A program made the translations under genes and the position numbers. Shown in pieces: positions 57,874 through 64,000 of a stretch of DNA of 64,000 bases; within the stretch, counting starts at the first letter, position 1; each line of letters begins with the position of its first letter. The notes beneath the pieces were generated by a model. The model saw nothing but the letters and a program-made list of their open reading frames with translations. It had not been told where the DNA came from and did no database searches. Source of the stretch: Dehalococcoidia bacterium (GTDB taxonomy: Bacteria > Chloroflexota > Dehalococcoidia > Tepidiformales > Tepidiformaceae); contig JAXLXA010000002.1 of NCBI GenBank assembly GCA_046328215.1, forward strand, positions 18,799 to 82,798, written 5' to 3'.

Positions 57874-58689
57874 TTGGATTCAATGGCAGGAAGACTCGAC
57901 GGCAAGGTCGCGATGCTGACGGGCGGGGCGAGCGGCATCGGCCGCTCGTGCGCGCTGCGCTTCGCGAGCGAGGGCGCGAGCGTGGTCATCGGTGACCTGG
58001 ACGAGAAACGGGGCGCGGAGACCGTGGCCGAAATCGTCGCCGCGGGTGGCCAGGCTGCGTTTCGCCGGACGGACACCAGCGTCGAGGCGGACTGCGAGGA
58101 TCTGGCCGAGGAGTGCGTCCGCCGTTTCGGCCGCCTGGACGTGTTGGTGGCCGCGGCCGGCATTTCGCACGCGCTCTACGTCAGTGGCGCCGAGCCTACC
58201 GAGGCGCGCGCCGACCGCGCCGCCACTGGCGTGATGACGACGCCGACCGAGTACTGGGAAAAAGTCCTGAACGTGAACCTGACGGGCGTGATGATGACCG
58301 ACCGCGCGGCGGCGCGGCGGATGATGCGGACAGGCGGCGGCTCGATCGTCAATATCGCCAGCGGCGCGGCCAAGATCCCGATCGCGGGTCAGGCGGATTA
58401 CTGCGTTTCGAAAGCCGGCGTTTGGATGCTGACGAAGGTCTTCGCGCTGGAAATCGCGCGCGAGAACATCCGCGTCAACGCCATCGGGCCAGGGATCATC
58501 GATACGCCGATGACGGCCGGCTTGCGCGCAAACGAAGAATTCAGCCGGCGGCTCGCGCAAAGCATCCCGTTGAAACGATTAGGCCAGCCCGAGGACATCG
58601 CGAACGCCGCGCTCTTCCTGGCCAGCGATGAAAGCAGCTACTTCACCGGCGAAATCCTCTTCCCGGTCGGCGGGACGTTCACCGGCTGA
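57874..58689 (+). CDS. SDR-family oxidoreductase (FabG-like)
   Basis: TGGASGIGRS. YCVSK catalytic motif. Confidence 0.85.
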   Translation: MDSMAGRLDGKVAMLTGGASGIGRSCALRFASEGASVVIGDLDEKRGAETVAEIVAAGGQAAFRRTDTSVEADCEDLAEECVRRFGRLDVLVAAAGISHALYVSGAEPTEARADRAATGVMTTPTEYWEKVLNVNLTGVMMTDRAAARRMMRTGGGSIVNIASGAAKIPIAGQADYCVSKAGVWMLTKVFALEIARENIRVNAIGPGIIDTPMTAGLRANEEFSRRLAQSIPLKRLGQPEDIANAALFLASDESSYFTGEILFPVGGTFTG

Positions 58690-58691
58690 CG

Positions 58692-59882
58692 TTACTTCGC
58701 TGAAAGCTGCCCTTCGATCAGGCGCAGGCCGAACTCCACGCCAATGAGCAGCGCGTCTTCGTCGATCACGAAGGCGGGGTCGTGGTGGCGCCCGGCGATG
58801 CCCTTCGCCTCGTTTCGCGCGCCGAGCCAGAAGTAGCAGCCGGGCCGCTGTTCGAGGAACACGCCCATGTCCTCGGCGCCCATGCTCGGGGCAGCGAGGA
58901 TCTTGTTCGCCCCGAAATAGCCCACCCCCTGTTCGCGCACGAAGGCGGCGATAGCCGGGTCGTTGACCAGCGGTGGGCAGCTCGTCTGGTGGTCGAATTC
59001 GAAGGTGGCGCCGAACGCGGCGCAGACGCCCGCGACGATCTCCTCCGTGCGTCGCAGGAGCGTCTCGCGCACCGGGTCGGTGTAGCTGCGGATGGTCCCC
59101 GCGAGCGTGGCGGACTCGGCGATGACGTTTCCGCGGAACCCGCCGGTCACCTTGCCGACCGTGAGGACGGCCGCATCCGACGGCGCGACTGAGCGGCTTA
59201 CCACCGTCTGGAGGGCAGTAATGACGTGCGCGGCAACCACGACGGCGTCGATAGATTGATGCGGCGCGGCGGCGTGACCGCCCCGGCCTTCGATTGTGAT
59301 CCGGAACGCGGTTGGCGCCGCAAAAAATGGCCCGGGCGCCACGTTGATCCCGCCGAGCGGGACATCGGCGCTGATATGAAGGCCGAGTACGACGTCGACC
59401 TTCGGAGCGTCGAGGACGCCGTCGGCGATGCATGCCTGCGCGCCGCCCGCGGCTTCCTCGGCCGGCTGGAACACGAAGCGGACCGAGCCGGCGAACTTTT
59501 CCTTGCGGGCGGCCAGCGCTTCAGCAAGGCCAAGGCCGATCGCCATGTGCGTGTCATGGCCGCAGGCGTGCATGACGTCCGGGGTCTTCGAAGCGAACGG
59601 CAGGGCGCTCTTCTCCGGCACCGGGAGGGCATCCATGTCGGCTCGCCAGAGGATGCAGCGGCCCTTCTTGCCGCCCTCGACCAGCCCGGTGGCCCCGGTC
59701 TTGGCGATGGGGCGGACGTCGCTGAGCCCCAGTTCGCGCAGCCGCTCCAGGATCACGCGCTGTGTTCGCTGTTCCTGCCAGGAGAGCTCCGGGTGTTCGT
59801 GGAAGTCCCGCCGCGTCGCGACGATGCGCTCATGGAGCGCTTCAACTTCGGAGCGGATGGGCAGGCGGCCAACGTTTGCCAT
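58692..59882 (-). CDS. M20D-family amidohydrolase (second copy in window)
   Basis: HACGHDTHM motif. 396 aa. Confidence 0.8.
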   Translation of the reverse strand: MANVGRLPIRSEVEALHERIVATRRDFHEHPELSWQEQRTQRVILERLRELGLSDVRPIAKTGATGLVEGGKKGRCILWRADMDALPVPEKSALPFASKTPDVMHACGHDTHMAIGLGLAEALAARKEKFAGSVRFVFQPAEEAAGGAQACIADGVLDAPKVDVVLGLHISADVPLGGINVAPGPFFAAPTAFRITIEGRGGHAAAPHQSIDAVVVAAHVITALQTVVSRSVAPSDAAVLTVGKVTGGFRGNVIAESATLAGTIRSYTDPVRETLLRRTEEIVAGVCAAFGATFEFDHQTSCPPLVNDPAIAAFVREQGVGYFGANKILAAPSMGAEDMGVFLEQRPGCYFWLGARNEAKGIAGRHHDPAFVIDEDALLIGVEFGLRLIEGQLSAK

Positions 59883-59916
59883 TGTCGAATGCTAGCAGAG
59901 CGCGCGGTTCGGCCGT

Positions 59917-60843
59917 TTAGTCGCTGGCTGCGGTCGCAAGCCCTCGCGGTAGTCGGGCGCGCACCCAACCGATCCCGATTCCCTGCACGAGCGCCACGCC
60001 GGCGAGGATGAAGCCAAGCGCCGCCACGAGGTTCCAGCCGATGGCCTCGTCCAGCACCAGCCATCCCAGTACCACGCCAATCGGCGGCGCCATGTAGGTC
60101 ACCACGGAGGCGCGGACCGGACCGGCCTTTTGGATGAGGTGCATGTAGGCCACGACGGCCAGCCCCGAGCCGAGCCCACCGAGCGCCGCGGCGCTGGCGA
60201 AGACCTTCGGCGCAAAATCCGCGTCGCTGTAAGCGCCGGAGAGCAGCGCGAGCGGCATCAGGATGGCGGCGGCGGTTGCCACCTGGACGGTGGCAAGCGG
60301 GATCGGCGGCACTTCGCTCACCCAGCGGCGAATCGAAACCGCCGAAATGGCGTAGCAGAGCGTGGCGACCAGGATCAGGCCGATCCCTCCGGCCTCCCCG
60401 CCGCTGAGGTCAGCCAGGTCGTTGCCCATCAGGACGACGACACCGAAGAACCCGGCCAGCAGTCCGGCGATTCGCCGCGCGTCGAGGCGGTCGGCGCGGA
60501 GGAACGCCGTGGCGACGATTGCTGACCAGAGGGGAGCGGAGGCGTTCGCTACCGCGGCAGCGCCGCTCGGGACGTGCTGCTCCGCCACGCCGAAGAGCGT
60601 CCAGGGGACGGCGAAGTTGAGCACACCTAACCCCAACATCAATGCCCAGGCGCGCCGTGGCTGGCGGAAGCCCGCGCGCGCGACATAAGCGAAGGGGGCG
60701 AGCGTGGCCGCGCCAAGCAACGTCCGTGCGGCGGACATGCCCATGGGCCCCACGCCAGCATCCACGATGACCTTGATGAAGAGGAACGAGCAGCCCCAGA
60801 CAGCGGCGAGGGCACAGAGAAGGCCGAACTGGCGCGATGTCAT
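59917..60843 (-). CDS. DMT-superfamily (EamA-like) transporter
   Basis: Ten predicted TM segments. Two EamA-like halves. Start at MTSRQFGLL. Confidence 0.75.
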   Translation of the reverse strand: MTSRQFGLLCALAAVWGCSFLFIKVIVDAGVGPMGMSAARTLLGAATLAPFAYVARAGFRQPRRAWALMLGLGVLNFAVPWTLFGVAEQHVPSGAAAVANASAPLWSAIVATAFLRADRLDARRIAGLLAGFFGVVVLMGNDLADLSGGEAGGIGLILVATLCYAISAVSIRRWVSEVPPIPLATVQVATAAAILMPLALLSGAYSDADFAPKVFASAAALGGLGSGLAVVAYMHLIQKAGPVRASVVTYMAPPIGVVLGWLVLDEAIGWNLVAALGFILAGVALVQGIGIGWVRARLPRGLATAASD

Positions 60844-60908
60844 CTGGCTGGTGAACGCTCCTTCGCAGCCAGCGTAACGGATGTCCGCCACCCGCTGTGG
60901 AGCCAATC

Positions 60909-61532
60909 TCATTCCGCGAGGTACTGGAGTTGGTAGGTGCGCTCGAAGAGCGGCCACCAGTCGGCCTCGCCGAGCGGCTCGCCGTTGAAGCCGGGGCATT
61001 CGCTGTGCCCCAACAACAGCGGCAGCGGACCGTACAGCTTCCCCTTCATCGCGGCCTCGAACGCCGCGGCCACCCGCTTCGAAGGGTTCGTCCGCGCGCG
61101 TTCCGCGCCGGCATCCCAGAAGACGACGAAGTGGGGATAGAGGCGACAGGCGTTCGGACGTCCCTCGTAGGCGCCGCAGCCAAGTTCTGGCGTGAGCATC
61201 TTGCAGTGCCCCTCGGCCCTCGCCAGCAGGTAGGGCTGCGCCATCGGCAGCGTCACCGGCGTGCGGTCTTCGTCCAGCTCGAGGAAGTCAACCGGCTCCA
61301 ATGATTCGAACCGGCGCATGCGGGCAACGTCCGCCTCGCTCAGGCTGACGCTGTAGGCGTGACAGCAGTACGCGGTGCACACCGCTGGCTGGCAAATGAA
61401 CGCCGGAGAGCCGGGCACGACGAGCTGGTACGCCTGGAACCGCGGCGCCACCGACTCCCAGGCCTCGCGCATCGCATCGAAAAGTGCCGCGGACACAGCG
61501 CCATCGTAGGCGTTCGCGCCGATAGCGGGCAT
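60909..61532 (-). CDS. YkgJ-family Cys-cluster (putative zinc/iron-chelating) protein
   Basis: CQPAVCTAYCCHAY cysteine cluster typical of UPF0153/YkgJ. Confidence 0.6.
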   Translation of the reverse strand: MPAIGANAYDGAVSAALFDAMREAWESVAPRFQAYQLVVPGSPAFICQPAVCTAYCCHAYSVSLSEADVARMRRFESLEPVDFLELDEDRTPVTLPMAQPYLLARAEGHCKMLTPELGCGAYEGRPNACRLYPHFVVFWDAGAERARTNPSKRVAAAFEAAMKGKLYGPLPLLLGHSECPGFNGEPLGEADWWPLFERTYQLQYLAE

Positions 61533-61628
61533 TGACAGTTCTTTGTCGTCGTGGTTGGAATCCTGATTGAACGAGCCATAGGCCTACCGTATCCTCCTGC
61601 TTCGCTGGAGGGGCGGCGCAGGGGTTGA

Positions 61629-62477
61629 ATGAGTAACGAAGCCAATCTCGAAACGATGTCGCTGGACGAGCGCGCCCGGCTCAAGAAGCAGATGAGCGAT
61701 CAGGCAGTGAAGCTCGCCGTCAGCAGCCGCTGGCTCGAAGCGGCGAACCTGAATCGCGAGTATTTGCGCACTTTCGGCGAAGAAGCGGACGCCTTTAACC
61801 GGCTCGGCAAGGCGCTGAGCGAACTCGGTCAGATCAGCGAAGCCCGTGACAGCTACAGCAAGAGCATCGAGCTGGAGCCGACGAACACCATCGCGCGGCG
61901 CAACCTTGAGCGGCTGGCGGGCATGTCGGACACGAACGCGGCCGCCGCGGCTCCGAGCCAACTCGACACCCGCCTCTTCGTCGAGGAAACCGGCACGGCC
62001 ACGGTCGCCAACATCCAGGCGACCGACGAGAAGGTCAGTGCGTTGCTCGACGCCGGCGACCTGGTGGAACTGCAGGTCCAGGGCAACGCCGTGAACGTGC
62101 TCACCGTCAAAGGCGAATACGTCGGCATGGTCGAACCGCGCATCGGCCTTCGCCTCTCCAAGATGATGACGGCGGGCAACCAGTACACAGCCGCGATGGT
62201 CACCACCGACAAAGACATGAAGGTCATGCTTCGCGAGACGTTCAAGCACCCGTCGATGATCGACAAGGTGAGTTTCCCGCAGGGCCGCTCCAATGATGTC
62301 CGGGCCTACACACGGAAGGGCTTGCTCCGCCGCGAAGAGGACGAGGACTTCGCCGAGTTCGGCGACGACGAGGTGGTGGAGGACGAGAGCGACGACGGAT
62401 GGAGCGAGACCGACTCCGAGCTGGACTCGGGCACGCCCGACATCGACGTCGAACAGGACGACGAAAGCTTCGACTAA
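61629..62477 (+). CDS. TPR-repeat protein with acidic C-terminus
   Basis: TPR-like LGKALSELGQISEARDSYSKSIELEPTNTIARRNLERL. C-terminal Asp/Glu-rich tail. Confidence 0.55.
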   Translation: MSNEANLETMSLDERARLKKQMSDQAVKLAVSSRWLEAANLNREYLRTFGEEADAFNRLGKALSELGQISEARDSYSKSIELEPTNTIARRNLERLAGMSDTNAAAAAPSQLDTRLFVEETGTATVANIQATDEKVSALLDAGDLVELQVQGNAVNVLTVKGEYVGMVEPRIGLRLSKMMTAGNQYTAAMVTTDKDMKVMLRETFKHPSMIDKVSFPQGRSNDVRAYTRKGLLRREEDEDFAEFGDDEVVEDESDDGWSETDSELDSGTPDIDVEQDDESFD

Positions 62478-62542
62478 GGCGCTCCGGCTCGAACCCCTGA
62501 ACGGTCGCGCCACGTAGAATCCGCCGCACACGGAGGATTCGA

Positions 62543-63007
62543 ATGGCGATCACGAAACAAGAACTTGTCGACGGCATCCGGTTCGCGGGACGGCGGGCGG
62601 CCGCGGCCGGCGCGAATGCGAAGGACTGGGACTACCAGCTCGGGCACGCCTGGACCACCCGGGCAGCGTTCAGCCATCTGGCGGCCACGGCCGGCGGCTG
62701 CGAAGGCCTCTACCCGCTGCTTGACGCGGGCGTGCTCTCGGGCCTCGGCGCGGACCGCATCGCCCAGGGCAACGCGGCGGCCATCGATACCATGGCCGGC
62801 AAATCGAAGGACGAGCTTCTCGAAGCGATCCTCGCGGGGCACGAGGCCTCGGCGGCCTTCGTCCAGACGCTCGACGAAGCGGATCTGAACAAAGTGGTGA
62901 AGCTCGGTGGGTACGAGATGGAGAAAGCCGAGATCGTCGCCCAGATCTGGATCCACCACGCCATCGCGCACGCCTATGAGGCGAGCGCGCGCTGGCCCAT
63001 CACGTAG
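62543..63007 (+). CDS. DinB/YfiT-like four-helix-bundle family protein
   Basis: 154 aa. Conserved His pattern (HLAA...HEASAAF...HHAIAH). Confidence 0.45.
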   Translation: MAITKQELVDGIRFAGRRAAAAGANAKDWDYQLGHAWTTRAAFSHLAATAGGCEGLYPLLDAGVLSGLGADRIAQGNAAAIDTMAGKSKDELLEAILAGHEASAAFVQTLDEADLNKVVKLGGYEMEKAEIVAQIWIHHAIAHAYEASARWPIT

Positions 63008-63123
63008 CGTCGAGTCCCGTACGAACGGGCACTCTCCTGCGGTCGAAAGGACTCGTGAGGCGCCGTGCCTTTCGGCGTACACTACTGCCCAATTGCCCCC
63101 ACAACACAACCCTGAGGATACGC

Positions 63124-64000
63124 ATGCAGATCTCCCCTATCCCAACCCTTGATCCCGAAATCAACGAGAACCGCGAAGCGACCGCGAACATCGTCAACCG
63201 TTACATCATCCCGAACGAAAACCGCCTGGGTGACTACCGCAGCCCGGACAGCCAGCAGTTGCGCCGCGAAATTCAAGACACGGTGAAGAAGGCCAACCTC
63301 TGGGCGCCCCACCTGCCGAAGGAATACGGCGGCATGGGCATCGGGTTCATGAAGCACGCCTACATGAACGAGATCCTCGCCTGGAGCCCGTTCTCCAACC
63401 CCCTCTTCGGCGTCGTCGCGCCGGACTCCGGCAACCAGACCATCCTCATCAAGTACGGGACTGACGAGCAGAAGAAGAAGTGGCTCGATCCGCTCATCGC
63501 CGGTGACATCCGCTCCTGCTTCTCGATGACCGAACCGGACGCGCCGGGTTCGAACCCCTACGCCATCCAGACCCGCGCTGTCCGCGACGGCGACGACTGG
63601 GTCATCAACGGGCGCAAGTGGTTCACGTCCGGCGCTGTTGGCGCGGCCTTCGCGATCGTCATGTGCCGCACGGAAGAGGTCGATGGTTCTGGCGGTGTGC
63701 GCGAGAAGATGACCCAGATCATCGTCCCGACTGACACGCCCGGTTTCAACATCGTTCGCCGCATCCCTGTCTGGGGGCACGACTCGAACCACTGCGAAAT
63801 CGAATACAACAACGTCCGCGTCCCGGTGACCAACCAGCTCGGCCGCACAGGCACGGGCCATCAGGCCGCCCAGGACCGCCTCGGGGCCGGCCGCGTCTTC
63901 CACTGCATGAACAGCGTCGGCCAGATGTGGCGCGCCTTCGACCTCATGGTGAAGCGCTCCATCGACCGCGAGGTGCACGGTGGCAAACTCGAGACCAAGC
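63124..64000 (+). CDS. acyl-CoA dehydrogenase (partial, runs off window end)
   Basis: MQISPIPTLDPEINE...CFSMTEPDAPGSNP...GRKWFTSGA. Typical ACAD N-terminal and middle domains. No stop before 64000. Confidence 0.8.
   Translation, partial: MQISPIPTLDPEINENREATANIVNRYIIPNENRLGDYRSPDSQQLRREIQDTVKKANLWAPHLPKEYGGMGIGFMKHAYMNEILAWSPFSNPLFGVVAPDSGNQTILIKYGTDEQKKKWLDPLIAGDIRSCFSMTEPDAPGSNPYAIQTRAVRDGDDWVINGRKWFTSGAVGAAFAIVMCRTEEVDGSGGVREKMTQIIVPTDTPGFNIVRRIPVWGHDSNHCEIEYNNVRVPVTNQLGRTGTGHQAAQDRLGAGRVFHCMNSVGQMWRAFDLMVKRSIDREVHGGKLETK

Overview
This 64 kb window is high-GC (about 68-70%) bacterial chromosomal DNA with dense coding on both strands. Because of the GC content the six-frame track contains many long spurious antisense or out-of-frame ORFs. 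Most real genes were picked by recognisable protein motifs and then given plausible starts.

The content is mostly housekeeping and metabolism:
- an AddA/UvrD-like helicase-nuclease
- plsX
- ribD
- a NuoB-like protein
- leuB
- citrate synthase
- tsaE/tsaB
- ndk
- aat
- PPK2
- two M20D amidohydrolases and two SDRs
- LLM oxidoreductase
- MFS and DMT transporters

Several unusual loci stand out:
1. A replication module: rplI, dnaB, a truncated and apparently ATPase-dead DnaB C-terminal-domain paralog, a DnaD-like protein, and a DnaI/DnaC-like loader with an N-terminal zinc finger and two tandem AAA+ modules.
2. Four paralogous one-component regulators with an N-terminal LuxR/GerE HTH, a single TM helix and an extracytoplasmic sensor domain. 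Two carry a TolB/PD40-like beta-propeller.
3. Three tandem arrays of ~125-140 bp repeat units sharing a conserved core, CGCTTACTG-Y-CGTGCGCG. One array carries variable (CTCAGTC)n heptamer tracts, is interrupted by an IS630-family insertion and contains a solo IS end. Units of the other two arrays overlap gene 3' ends.
4. A tandemly duplicated, pseudogenised IS110-family insertion. Its junction contains the duplicated tails of both flanking genes.
5. A nirK (Cu nitrite reductase fused to a cupredoxin) plus cupredoxin operon, preceded by an FNR/DNR-like GTGAC-N4-GTCAC box.
6. A flotillin/SPFH protein with four N-terminal repeats, divergent from a PP2C phosphatase.

There are also two orphan HicB-like (UPF0150) small proteins, a ~190 bp tandem duplication covering the ppk2 3' end, and a ~100 bp heptad-built palindrome. 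No rRNA, tRNA or CRISPR could be supported.
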